Shown: piece after piece, positions 33,385 through 46,283 of the stretch
Numbering within the stretch: position 1 is the stretch's first letter
Layout of the letters: each line of letters begins with the position of its first letter
Origin: the human T2T-CHM13v2.0 reference genome, Homo sapiens
Reading direction: 5' to 3' (one strand)
DNA: 64,000 bases
Assembly: GCF_009914755.1 (NCBI RefSeq)
Contig: NC_060935.1
Notes under the pieces: generated by a model
What the model saw: only the letters and a program-made list of their open reading frames with translations
Told to the model about the DNA's origin: nothing
Databases searched by the model: none
Program-made: the position numbers and the translations under genes

Positions 33385-33492
33385 TTCTCCAGAAAATTTG
33401 ATTTAATTGTTCTGGTGTTTGCATGAGTAGCAGCAGTTTTGAAAACACTACAGGTGATTCTCATGTACAACTAAACTGAGAACTGCTGCTAT
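33385..33492. mobile_element. MER5-like (hAT-Charlie) fragment
   Basis: TGATTTAATTGTTCTGG...CAGGTGATTCTCATGTACA...TGAGAACTGCTG. Confidence 0.55.
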
Positions 33493-34725
33493 AGAGGCTA
33501 GTGTGGAAGAAGTGGCAACAGCAGCAGCAGCTCTGAGATGATCTAGTAATTGCATAAATGTCGGCAGCTGAGCAATGAGCAGAGTTCCATGGATAGAAGG
33601 AGGATTGCAATCCAGACTTAAGAAAGATGAAAAGTCAGGTACTGACAAGGGAATATGAATGCTGTGTTTCTTGCTGAAGGGAATTTCAAGGAGAGGGGAC
33701 CTGAGATCTTGCTATCTTGCAAGCAGGGGCTATTATAATGTTGGACTTTCAGGTTACATATGAATTACTAAAAATAATAGTCTTCAGAAAGAAATACTTA
33801 AATTTTGGGAGTCCAAGGTGACATGATGTCAGAAATATTAATGATTACATTTGATAGTTATTTAAATGTTTCCTATATTTGTCACGTTAAATACTTAGAA
33901 AATGTATGTTTAAATAGAATTTAACTTTTGTTAATGCAGCTTTTCAAGCCATTGATTTATAAGGTACAAACAGAGCTAATGTGAGAATTGTTGAATCCAT
34001 AAACGGTACTAATTTTTGGAATTCTTAACTGTTATGTAGATATTAGAATATATTAATCTCTCCACTAGCTGGCTGACATTACTTATCAGTAACAGAATTT
34101 AAGACAAGCATTTCCACTTGCAGCCAGAAGTTAAAAGATTATGAAACAATTGCCAATGAAATTTGTGGCAGATTATAAGACCTGTATGAAATTTACCGAA
34201 AGTACAGATTTGCTGATAAAATTGAATCATTTAGGAGATTAACCTTCAGAGGTAAATGGACTACTAAAAACAAGTCTATTGAAAAAGAAATTGCTATAAC
34301 CTGCTGCAATAATTTGACAAGCTGACAGAAGCATTATATTTGCATATGAAAGAGAAGAGATATAGGATTCATTTAAAAGTAGAAAAATATCCAGTTTGTC
34401 ATCTGCTCCTATGGTTGTCAAGCTCCTATCGAGTTTCTTAGTCCCAGTCTGAAGACTCAGCCACATTCCAAGTGCTCAAACTAGATTTTGTATTAATTAG
34501 ATAAACTGTAAGAAACTCTAAGATAGTAACTGAATTTCGAGTCATCATTGTTCCTAGTTCCCACTGATTCTAGTAATTTTACAGATGTATAACTTGGGCT
34601 ATATCACTTAGTATCAACCATTTTTCTCTGTTTTAATAACTTAATCTCTATCTTGCTTCTACCTGTCTAAGCAATCCTTTTTTTTTCTTTTTTAGAAGTA
34701 AAGTGTAGTAATTACACAAATGGAC

Positions 34726-36046
34726 TGTATTAGTCTGGTCTTGCATTGCTATAAAGAAATACCTGAGACTGGGTAATTTATAAAGAAAAGAGATTTAACT
34801 AGCTCACAGTTCTGCAGGCTGTATAAGCATGGCATTGCCATGTACTTGGTTTCTGGGGAGGCCTCAGGGAGCTTTCACTCATGGTGGAAGGTAAAGCAGG
34901 AGCAGGCACTTCACATGACAAAAGCAGAAAGAAGATAGTGGGGGGTAGAGGTGTCACACTTTACAACAACCAGATTTTGAGAGTACTCACTATTGCAAGG
35001 ACAGCACCAAGCCATGAGGGATGCACTCCCATGACTCAAACACCTCCCACCAAGCCTCACCTCCAACACTGGATATTACATTTCAAAATAGATTTGGATG
35101 GGGACAAATATCCAAACTATATAATTCCATCCTTGTCCACAATTTTATGTCCCTCTCACCTTGCACAATACAATCAGGCCTTCTAATAGTCCCCCAAAGT
35201 CTTAAGTCATTCTAGCATTAACTCAAAAGTCCAAAGTCTCATCTGAGAGAAGCTAAGTCACTTCTACCTATAAGCCTATAAAATCAAAAACAAGTTATTT
35301 ACTTCCAAGATACAATGAGGGTATAGGCATTGGGTAAACATTCCCTTTCCACAGGGAGTAACTGTCCAAAAGAAAGGGCCTGTAGGCCACATGAAAGTTT
35401 GAAACCCAGCAGGGAAGTCATTAAAATTTAAAGCTCCAAAATAGTCTCCTTTGATTCCATGTTGTACATCCAGGGCACACTAGTGCAAGAGATGGGCTCC
35501 CATGGCTTTGAGCAGCTCCACCCCTGTGGCTTTGCAGAGTTCAGCCCCCATGGCTGCTGTCATGAGTTGTTGAGTGCCTGTGGTTTTTCCAGGCTCAGGG
35601 TGCAAGCTGTCAGTGGATCTACCATCTGGGGTCTGGATGACAGTGGCTGCCTTCTCACAGCTCCACTAGGCAGAGCTCCAATGGAGACTCTTTGTGGGGC
35701 CTCCAACCCTATACTTTCTCTCTACACTGACCTAGTAGAGGTTCTCTGTAAGGGCTCCACTGCTTCAGCAGGCTTCTGCCTGGGCACCCAGACTTTCTCA
35801 TACATCCAATGAAATCTAGGTGGAGGCTGTCATGCCTCCATCACTCTTGCATTTTGTGCACCTGCAGGCTTAACATCACTTGGAAGCTATCAGAGCTTAT
35901 GACTTGCATCCTCTGGTGCCATGGCTTGAGCTGTACTTGGGCCCCTTTGAGCTGAGGCTGGAGCCTCCCACTAGGTCCCACCTCCAACATTGAGGATTAC
36001 ATTTCAACATGAGATTTAGGCAGGGACAAATACCCAAACAGTATCA
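34726..36046 (-). mobile_element. MST MaLR provirus with internal deletion (LTR 34726-~35125, internal part to ~35960, partial LTR ~35965-36046)
   Basis: TGTATTAGT and GTATCA termini, MST-int sequence, TSD TGGAC/TAGAC. Confidence 0.85.
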
Positions 36047-36604
36047 TAGACTTTAGAATCAGAGCACCTGGATTTGGGGAATTGACTTTCTCTCTCTGTG
36101 CCATATTTTCCTTTTGTCAAACAGTTTAAGCTTACTCTTTCCTTTACCATTGGATTTCCTGGACCTGCCTACCATCCTGGTCACAGGCTTAGAAGGACCA
36201 AATCAGTACCAGACTTTGGGGTCAAACATTGTATATTATTTCTTGTAGAAACCGTGTTCTGCTGAGACTAAATGAGGGGAAAAGGTCTGTCACTCTTGCT
36301 TTCAATTGTTGGTTATCTCCAGGTTCATTGGCTAAGTGAACTCAAGTTGACTCTAAGGATCTGATCATATATCTATTCTAAGCATTCTATTTTGGTGTAT
36401 TCCCTAGGTTTTTGTTTCTATGCCTGACTTCCAATTTTAATAAAAACAGTTACTTGCTGAGGACTAGTTAATTCAGACAAATTCTACTTCTGAAGAAGAT
36501 TTAAAATCTGGACAAAATATTTACAATCTTTTAATAAAAACAATAGTGTAGAAAAACTTTTGAGATGACATCTGGGAAAGGAAGAATCAAAAAAAAGGTG
36601 AGCC

Positions 36605-36881
36605 CACCTGTAATCCCAGCACTTCGGGAGGCCGAGGTGGGCAGATCACTTGAGGCCAGGAGTTTATGACCAACCTGGCCAACATGGTAATACCCCATCT
36701 CTATTAAAAATGAAAAAAATTAGCCAGGCATGGTGGCACATACTGGTAATCCCAGCCACTTGGAAGCCTGAGGCACAAGAATCACTTCAACCTGGGAGGT
36801 GGAGGTTGCAGTGAACTGAGATCACACCACTGCACTCCAGCTTGGGCAACAGAGAAAGACTCTGTCTCAAAAAAAAAAAAA
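36605..36881 (+). mobile_element. Old Alu (AluJb/Sz-like), slightly 5'-truncated
   Basis: CACCTGTAATCCCAGCAC...GACTCTGTCTCA(n). Confidence 0.9.
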
Positions 36882-37179
36882 AGAAATAGCAAGCATAATA
36901 TTTGAAGCTATATTGTTTTTCTTCAGGCATTTGCCACTTTGAAAGAGACAACAAAGAGGTTAACCAGCACTTTTGAAATATTTTTGAGATGTAAGTGGAA
37001 CAAAAGTTGGAGTTGAGAATATGTCAGAGTTTGAGATCTAATGAACATCTTCACAGGGTGGCAATCTCAAGTGGATGTACCGTGGGTATTAAGGAAGCCA
37101 TAACTAAATCAGCCCATTCACAGATATAGATGAGTATGGTGTAATGTAAGTGGTCCAGAAAATGTCAAATCATAAAATT

Positions 37180-38640
37180 TGAATTAAGGTAATCTTGGAT
37201 TGCTAGACCTTCCAGGTACTTGGCAGAAGCAGACAAAATTCCACATTAGAGGAAGATAACATTACCTGAGGTCTCAGATTGTTTTTACAATAATTTTTCA
37301 AATGCCATGTTCAGGATACAATCAAAGATAATCAAATATCTGAGAAGGAAAGACAACGTAAGCAAGATAAAGTGCAAAAAGTTAAGAGAAACATACCCAG
37401 AGGTACTCCAGATAGTGGAATTATCACACATCCTTTGTAAAATCGGTATTTTACAATGGTTTAGAAATCAAAATCCAAATCTAAAAATTCTAGCAAGTTA
37501 CTTAAAATGATAAAACACATAATTTCAGATTGAAAAAGAATTAGAGTTTCTATTTCTAAAAGAAAAACATAACAAAAATTGCTAAGGTATTTAGCTCAGT
37601 TATGCATAACCAAAGAGAAAATTGGTGAACTGGAACATGTCAGAAGAAAATATTCATTGCCAATTTTATTTAATTGTAAAAAAAATCCACAGAGGGATTA
37701 AAAAATCTGGAGAGTAAGAGACATATAGAGTAAGATGGTCTAACCCTTGTTTAATTGGAGTCTCAGATAGAAAGCAGAGAGAGGATGCAGCAGAATTTGA
37801 AGAAATAATGCTGAGAATTTTCTGAAATGATTAAAGACATCAGTTTGCAAATTCAAGATGCTTAATGAATCCCAAGAAATATAAATAAAAAGATACCCAC
37901 ACCTAAATATATTATAGTGCAATGCTAAAGGAAAATCTTGAAAGCAGCCAGGAAAAAAAAGAATATTACCTGTAAAGATGTAACCAATGGAATAACAGAT
38001 AACTTCTCAATAGAAACAATAGAAACCAGGTAACAATGGGATAATATCTTCTTAGTGCTGACATGAGTGAATGGCTGAAACTCTAATAGAAACCATATTT
38101 TTTCTGAACGGAGTATAAGGAAAAGGAGCATTTCTGAGTCTGGGAGTATGGCGGTGTGTGCAGAATCCCAGAGAGGAGGGATCCAGAGAAAAGGATTCCC
38201 TAACTGCATGCAAACCTGCACAAAGTCTCAGTCTAACCCATAAACTATACATGCACAGAACAGGCCCAATTCAGCATAGCTAAGGCTTTGAAAACTGAAC
38301 TGAGACTGGAACTGCTTATAGAAGTCTCAGCCTAACCCCTAAATAACACATTCATAGGACAAATGTAGACCAACATAGTGATGATTTCGAGCTAAATGAA
38401 GATTAAAATCAGGGCTCACAAAAGGTGAGAAACAGTACAGTCTGAATATACCCAGGTTTTTTGCTTGCTAAAACAAAAACATTAACAATCTCAAGAGGAT
38501 TAAAATAGGAGCAAGAATCTACACACACAATTTAACATTCACAATTACAATATCCAAGAGGAATACAGGAATTCATTTTACTATTCTTTAAACTTTTCTC
38601 TAAATTTGAAATTATATTTTTAAAAAAGTTACAAAAAAGA
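37180..38640 (+). mobile_element. Ancient L1M/HAL1-type ORF1 and UTR remnants
   Basis: ORF1-like motifs GGAAAATCTTGAAAGCAGCCAGG and ACTTCTCAATAGAAACAATAGAAACCAGG...TGGGATAATATCTT. Boundaries uncertain. Confidence 0.5.
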
Positions 38641-38649
38641 AAAAGAGTC

Positions 38650-38905
38650 AAAGGGAAGAAAATTTGAGGCAAAGAAAACATCCTTGAAGTGGGAAAGAGC
38701 CTGGCATGTTATAGGAACTAAGAGAAAAACAGTATGGCCGGAGTGTGTTGACAAGGTGCCAGGTGGCAAGTGATGAGGAGCAGAAAAGACAGTGGAAACT
38801 GGGGCTAGATCATGCGGGTTCTCATCGGCTATGGTAAGGAGTTTGGATTTGACTCTGATGGGAAGTCACTATAAAGTTCTGAGCAGGGATGTGACAAGAT
38901 ATACC
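38650..38905 (-). mobile_element. L2 fragment
   Basis: GAGCCTGGCATGTT...GGTAAGGAGTTTGGATTT...GGGAAGTCACT...GAGCAGGGATGTGACA. Confidence 0.6.
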
Positions 38906-41474
38906 TTGCAGTTAATTTCAGGGAATTATTCTAACTGGAGTTGCTTAGGCTACACATCAGCCTCTGAGTCACCCAATCACTGTATCTACAGAAAAAAGGA
39001 ATAACTAGGCCTTCCCTTGGTCCTCTTATCCAGAGGATGAGGATGGGGAAAATCCCCACTGGAACCCTGTGGGACAGCCAAAACCAATAGCTGCCACTGC
39101 CCACAATTTGCTATGCCTGGGCTGCCCAGCATATCACTGTTTGTGACCCCCCTACAGCAAACCTGCATTTCCGTCTCAGTTCTAATAACATCCCAAGTAA
39201 CATTACAAATGATCCCACATTCAACACCAAGAATAAGAGCAAAAGCCCCTACTTACACTCTCTCTAAATGGAGATGGCGTAGAAATAGCATTTGGTTTCT
39301 CTATTCTATTCCAAGTCCAATATCTCTGGGTGATAATTATTTCATATAGTCAGGTTTGAATGTGGCTCTTCTTGACCCTGCAACTGAAGGCTAGATGCCA
39401 AATTGAATGTTGGAAGGAAAACGGTTATTCAGCAAGTTAGATGCAGAGGCTGGCCCTCTCCCAGAGGGAAGGGCTATGCCTGAACCCAATTATCCACTGT
39501 AACAGGAACCCCTTTCCAGCAGCAGGAATGGCAGCAGCAGCAGCATCCCACCACTCAGAAATTATCAGGTGATGGCAGCTAGCATTCTCAGACGGCTCCT
39601 AGCCATGTTGGCATTTATACTCAGACAACTTGGTGTCTACATCCTTTGTATTTATACCCCATATCTGAAATTTATCATGATTGCATGTTATGACAGTGGA
39701 GAGTCAGGATCCCTCTCCTGGGGGCAGGGACCTGGGGTGTGTCCATCAGTATGCTGAACTGATTTTTAGACCTCTCTTTGTGATAATAAGACAATGCAGA
39801 CTATATGCCTCTTAAATTTAATCCTTGATTTGTATGTTTTCCCAATAAATCCAGTTGCTTATAAACTTACCTATGATATTGCAGAATTTGCCCTCACTCA
39901 TTTTTAACTATGATTTTTTTTTCTGTTTTATAGAAGGGAATGAATACAGTGAAGTTGCTCTCCTGCAGGTTGTATTACATTTGCTAGATAGGTATGTCAA
40001 AGATCTCTTTGCCCTAGTAGTGGTCTGATTTCCTGTATTAGGATAGACTTGATTTTTGTTCAGGTTCTGCTTGCCAGGAGTATCTTCCTGGTCTGTGATT
40101 TCCAGTGGCAATTCCCAAGAGTGGCATCAATGAGGATTCACCTTCTGAAGTGTTGAAGACCTCTATTTATTTTGTCTCCCAGCATACAGTCCTCTCCTGA
40201 TCACAAAATCTCGCCTCTCTAAAGGAAACACATTCCATATATTTGAGACATAGCTACACCCCTTCTGCCTACCAAACCTCCCATTCTTCTCTTTCTTCTC
40301 CCAGCTACAGGGATGGGCACATGAACCTAAACCAGAGGGTCAGACTCCTCCTCAGAACTCCTTTTCAGGGGTTTTTGGAGAATGTGTTCTCTTATGACTG
40401 CAGCTGTAAGGTTGGTGGGTTGTGAGTCTTGGGGCCCTGGAGACCCTGTGCCTGCTACGTGGAGAGAGTGAGAGAGCTTCAATGCCAGCATTTGTGCATT
40501 TCATCCAGCTGGGTCACAATTCAGTGTTTCTTATGTAATTTTCAGCTGAATGAGTTCAAAATATTCTCTTATTGCTTAAGCAGTATACTGTCATTTGTAG
40601 TCAAGAGTTGTACCTAATTACATGAGGGCTTCACTGCTTTAGCTGAATGAGGTCTGTTGGCAAGTTTATATTAGTCTAGGAATTGCTTTAGGAGCTGAGC
40701 AATCACAGGACCTTCTTGACCAGGTTTGAATTTTCTCTGGCAATTAAACTTCTTTAACATACTACCATGTTGCTGGTGGGTTTGATCTGGAGGTGCCTCA
40801 TTAGCTTGTAAGAAATGTCGGAAATCTTATTATGATCACGGAATCTGGACCCTTGCCTTTGAAGTTTCTATCTCTAAGCAACAGTAGTCAGGCTTCTCCC
40901 CATAGCTCTAGGCCTGAGTTTAATACTTCTGTTTTCATCCCTGCCTTTAAAACAATGGATAGGAGGGGAGACATACATATTTCACTTAGCAAATGCATTT
41001 ATATATACATTTTTAGATTTGAGAGGGTTTTTTTCCTTTTACCATTTTGAAATCCCTGTCAGTAAGAACTTTAATTAAAAACTTGAGTATATTTAATATT
41101 TTGAGTATAACCACATTGTTTTAGCTATTTGTGCTGTGAAAGCCAACATTTCAGAATTGAAATGTTTATTTATAGTTTTAAAAAGTCCTTGATTCTGACA
41201 AATTTTGTAATTAGATGGGATTTCTTTTACCTTTATGAACAATGCTGTTATATTTTTATATATCCTGTTTCCTTTGAGTTCTGAAAAGGCTTTCTAATAT
41301 ATTTCATTTCTGGTAATTGTATGAATGGATTTTATATATAAACATAAAAATTATTCATAATATTTAAAAATTATTTTTATTATTTTAAAAATTTAAATGG
41401 TGTAAACTGCCTTCATTAGGAAAGAAGAAAATGGAGGCAATAGTTTAAATCAGAGACATCAATTAGAGATAAAC

Positions 41475-41601
41475 TTTTTGTGTGTGTGTGTGTGTGAGAC
41501 AAAGTCTCGCTTTGTAGCCCAGGCGGAGCTTGCAGTGAGCCGAGATCACGCCACTGCACTCCAGCCTGGGCGGCAGAGCAAAACTCTGTCTCAAAAAAAA
41601 A
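41475..41601. mobile_element. Chimeric inverted Alu: minus-strand 3' end fused to plus-strand AluY 3' end
   Basis: T5(GT)n-GAGACAAAGTCTCGCTTTGTAGCCC-AGGC-GGAGCTTGCAGTGAGCCGAG...TCTC-A9, with AGGC (41521-41524) shared by both halves. Confidence 0.9.
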
Positions 41602-41928
41602 GGGGTAAACTAAATTATTCACAAATTGTTTCTGAATTATAACATATTTACTAAAATAATTTTTCGAATTCTTTTTTTGTTGCTAGTTGATTTTGGCTAA
41701 ATGTTGCAGCAAAAATTAGGTCTTAGGCTTACCATATAGTAGCAACATAAGTAAGAAAAATATAGCTTGCTTTAAGAAACTCCAATATATAAAATATAAT
41801 CTTCTGATGTATGACACAAATGAAGGAAAGTGTCCAGGTAAAGGAAAGCTTCCTTTAGAAATATCAATCATCTTATTAAGTATATAGTTCTACTAGTGAT
41901 TTATTTTCCAAAATGTGCTTTTAGCAAT

Positions 41929-42554
41929 TGTATTCATTTTCTATTGATTTCTAATAAATTGCCATAGACTCAGTAGCTTAAAACAATACTCATTTTTTAG
42001 TTTACTTCTGTATACAAATTCCAGGCATGGCATTGTTGTGTTCTTTGTTCTGGTTCTCACAGGTTGAAATCAGAGTGTTGGCTGTGCTGTGTTACTTTCT
42101 AGAGGTTCTCGGGAACCTCCACTTCCAAGTTTATTCAGGTTGTTGGAAGAATTCAGTTGTTTGTGGTTGTACGACTGAGGTCCCAATTTGTCTCCTGGCT
42201 GTCAGCTGGGAACTACTCTCAGATCCTAATCCCAGCCACATTCCTTGCTACATGGCCCCTTCTATCTTCAGAGAGAGCAACGGAGAATCTTTCTCTTAAT
42301 GAGCTCCCCTCATACTTTGAATCTCTTCTACTCTTGAGGTTTTCACCTGATGAAGTCAGGTCCAACTGAGGGGAATCTCTCTGTCTTAATGGCAACTAAT
42401 TTGGGACCTTAATTATATATGTATAATCCTTTATAGATTAATAATCACCTAGATTAATGTTTGATCAAATAGAATAACTGGGAGAAAGTTTGTATGCACC
42501 AGGGGTGAGAATCTTGGGAGCTGTCTTAGAATGTCTTAGAATTTTGCCTATTAC
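41929..42554 (-). mobile_element. MLT1E-like MaLR LTR
   Basis: TGTATT...AGTAGCTTAAAACAA...GAATTCAGTTG...GACTGAGGTCCC...CTTAGAATTTTGCCTATTACA. Confidence 0.7.
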
Positions 42555-42650
42555 AGCAGCGAAATGTATCATGATTGAATTAAAAAAATTCATTTAAAAA
42601 TAATAGGATTCTGAATCCAAATGAGAGGTCATTTGGAAGACCTGAAACTA

Positions 42651-42967
<317 letters not shown>

Positions 42968-44214
42968 TGACTTTAAACTGTTCTAACTGGGAGTTAAAGC
43001 CCTCTGTTTCAAATTCCAATGTTGCCGAGGTCTCTCAGGCTGTCAAACCCCAACACCAAGTAATGACACTTGCCTGTGTGACTTCACTCCAACTCCTTTC
43101 CGACCAAGACACAAGCATTGCTGCCCTCTGTTTGGCAAGATGATCGCTACAATGTTAACTGTCTTGTGCAAGTTTTCTATCCTGTCAGCCTTCAGCTTGC
43201 CGGCGTGGTGTACTTTGGGTGTTTATGATAGCAAAACTTGAGAACCTGTAAGTACAACCTATAAGCACATTCTATAAGCAGAGGAGGGCCCTTATTTGTT
43301 TTTTTAACCTCACATATGGTTTTGGCTCCCCCCAGGAAAATGCCCATCATAAGGAAGCATTACCTCTGTTAGCCCCTTCTGGCTCATTGACAGGCTGTCC
43401 TCCTCACAGGCAGGAATGCAGTCCCAGTGGCCCAGCTGTACTCGGAATCGACTCTCTTTTTCTCTCCCGAGGCAAAGCTGCAAAAACACTCCTCATGTTC
43501 TGCCAGCTACTTAATCCCTTTTTCTCATTTCAAACTTCAATATACTCTTTAAAAAAGGAACCTCACCAAAACCTCCCCTAAAGCTAAGTGGCTCTGCTCC
43601 TTGGATCCCAGGGCCCCAGTGAATGTTCATAGCGTTGTCTCCAGTCATTAAGAAAGTGTTAAATCATGTGCCATACACAGTTTAAGCACACAGGGGAGTG
43701 TGTAAAACTTTCGTATTTCTAGTTAGGGGTCATTACAGTATAGAATCACTTTGTGCCCAGAGATTCATTCATTTCAGAATTAAGCTCATTAGCAGTCATT
43801 GCTTTATTATTGTGTTTCTGCCTCAGTGGTGAGTTGGGGACTGCTGCACTTAAGGGGTCAGCCTGGTTCACCCTTGCTGCACCAGCCGTAGCTATTTGTC
43901 CCTGATTCATCAGATCTCAAGTCCGCAATGTGTGCCTTAATGAAGGCTGCATGCAGAGTTCAACTTTGGCTATGCCAGATAGAATAATCCCAACTCTTTT
44001 ACTTACTCGCCAAAGTCATTTAATATTTCTGTGCTTTGATTTCCTGTCTTACAAGATGCACTCTGAGTGTTACTGGTAGGTAATAACGGCTTATGCGTGT
44101 AAGATGTTATTTAAAGCACCGCAGCCTTCTCCATTGAAGGCTAAGCTTGCCGATGCACTTCTCGTCCCCTGGCTCAAGAACTGAGGCAGAGGTGGGTTAG
44201 TAGACCGGACTTCT

Positions 44215-44903
44215 CTTAATTTCTAAATATATCTAGTATCTAACCACTTATCCCCATCACCAGTACCCCTTCCTTTGGTCAATCAAGCTTCTGTTATCCT
44301 GAATTATTGTAATAGCTTCCTGCCTCGCCTTCTGGCTTCTTTCCCCATTACCCTGCAGTCTGTCCTATATACGGCAGCTAGGCTGATTCTTTAAAAACAT
44401 GAGTCTGGTCTTTCTCACTCCTCTGCTCAGAGTCCTGCAGTGACTTCCCATTTCACTCAGTGCAAAAACAGAAGCCCTTAAAATGGCCTATAAGCCCTTC
44501 AGTACCTGGTGATCCCATTAGCTCTCTGGCTTGGCTCCTGCTCACTCAGTTCTTGCAATGCTATTCTCTTTGCTGTTCCTCAAACGTGCCAGGCCTGTTT
44601 TCACCTCAAAGTCTTTGTGCACATTGTGTCCTGTGTCTAGAATGCTCTTCCGTCAGATGTATCACCTCCTTATATCTTTGTTCAAATATCAATCTATCAA
44701 AGAGATTCACACTGTCCCTCTCCTCTCACACTCCTCATCTCCTGTACCTTTTCTTTTTCCTTAGTCCTTGTCATAATTTGTACACACTGTATATTTTACT
44801 TATTTATTACATCTATTAGTTATTTTCTGTTTCACTATGCTAAGATATAAGTTTCATATGGGCAGGGATCATTAAATATTTGTTGAATTAAAGAATGAAT
44901 GGA
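44215..44903 (+). mobile_element. L2a-like 3' fragment
   Basis: ATTATTGTAATAGCTTCC...CTTCCCATTTCACTCAG...AAATATTTGTTGAAT...GAATGAAT terminus. Confidence 0.75.
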
Positions 44904-45349
44904 TGTTTTGCTGGGGAAGACAAAGAGAAAGAAAAATGTGGGGTCAGTTAAAAAGCTGGTATATCACAAAGAGCAATATGGAACTGTAAATAAAAGGATG
45001 AATTAAAGATGCAGAGCCCTGCAAAATGTGATTAGAATAAACAAAGAACCATCTGAGCCTGTTGGTTTTATGTTCATCTTTTCAGGCATATGTAGATATA
45101 TATAAGTAGTAATCTAGTGCTCTACCCAGCACCCGATCATCCAAGTTAAATAAATATATTGTGATTGACTCATTGTTAGCTCCATAATAGTCAATATTCA
45201 GGTATGTCTATAAGGCAAACTATAATCTCACGATGCTGGCAGTTCCAGAAGGAAAAGAGACTAGGACTGAGGATTGGTCAGTCATCTGAATTATAGTTTC
45301 GATGTAAAAGGGCATCTTAGAAGGATCTTACTTGGGTTTTCAATTCCTA

Positions 45350-45550
45350 CAAACATGGATTTGAGTTCCAATTCTATCATTTTGTAGCTATGTGGCCTTG
45401 GGTAGGGTGTTTTCCACCTCAAGCCTTCAGTTTCCCCTACTTCAAAGTGTGGAAAAGTAACATCTGCTCTAGAAATATCCTAACAATTAAAAATAATTTG
45501 GCCAAAGTCAGTGTTTAATAAATAGTAGATGTTGCAGCAATTATTGTTGT
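45350..45550 (+). mobile_element. MIR
   Basis: GGATTTGAGTTCC...AGCTATGTGGCCTTGGG...CTTCAGTTTCCCC core. Confidence 0.6.
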
Positions 45551-45601
45551 TCTTGAATGTACATGGAGGATTTATGCTTGATTTATATTAAAGATTGCAT
45601 C

Positions 45602-46283
45602 TGCTATGGGCTGAATTGTGTCCCCCCTCCCACAAATTCATATGTTGAAGCCCTAGCCTCCAATATGACTGTATTTGGAGACAGGGCCTGTAAGGAGGTG
45701 ACTGAGATTGTGTGAGGTCATAAAGCTGGGTCTCTGATCTGATGAGGCTAGTGTGATTACAAGAAGAGACACTGTTCAGGTGTGTTGGCTCACACCTGTA
45801 GTCCCAGCACTTTGGGAGGCTGAGGCAGGCAGATCACTTGAGCTCAGGAGTTCATGACAAGCCTGGGCAACATGGCAAAACCCCAACTCTACAAAAAATG
45901 CAAAAATAAGCCAGGAATGGTGGCATGCGCCTGTAGTTCTACTTACTCAGAAGGCTGAGGTGGGAGAATCGCTTGAGCCCAGGAGGTTGAGTCTACAGCG
46001 AGCTGAGATTGCGCCACTGCACTCCAGTCTGGGTGACAGAGTGTGACCCTGTATGAAAACAAGAGACACCAGAAAGCCTGCTCTTTCCCTCTGTGCCCTG
46101 TGAGGACACAGCAAAAATGGCAGCTGCCACCAAACTAAGATGAGAGCCCTCACCAGAAACCAAATGGGCCAGTACCTTGACCTTAAACTTCTCAGCTTCC
46201 AGAATTGTGAGAAATAAATTTTTGTTGTTTTAAGCTACCTACTCTAGGGTATTTTGTTAGGGCAGCCCACACTGAATAAGATA
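45602..46283 (+). mobile_element. MLT1A-type LTR interrupted by an Alu
   Basis: TGCTATGGGCTGAATTGTGTCCCC...GTGAGAAATAAATTTT...GAATAAGATA. Confidence 0.8.
45774..46060 (+). mobile_element. AluJ nested in MLT1A
   Basis: AluJ features (TTGAGCCCAGGAGGTTGAG), eroded tail, TSD AAGAGACAC at 45764-45772 and 46061-46069. Confidence 0.88.
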
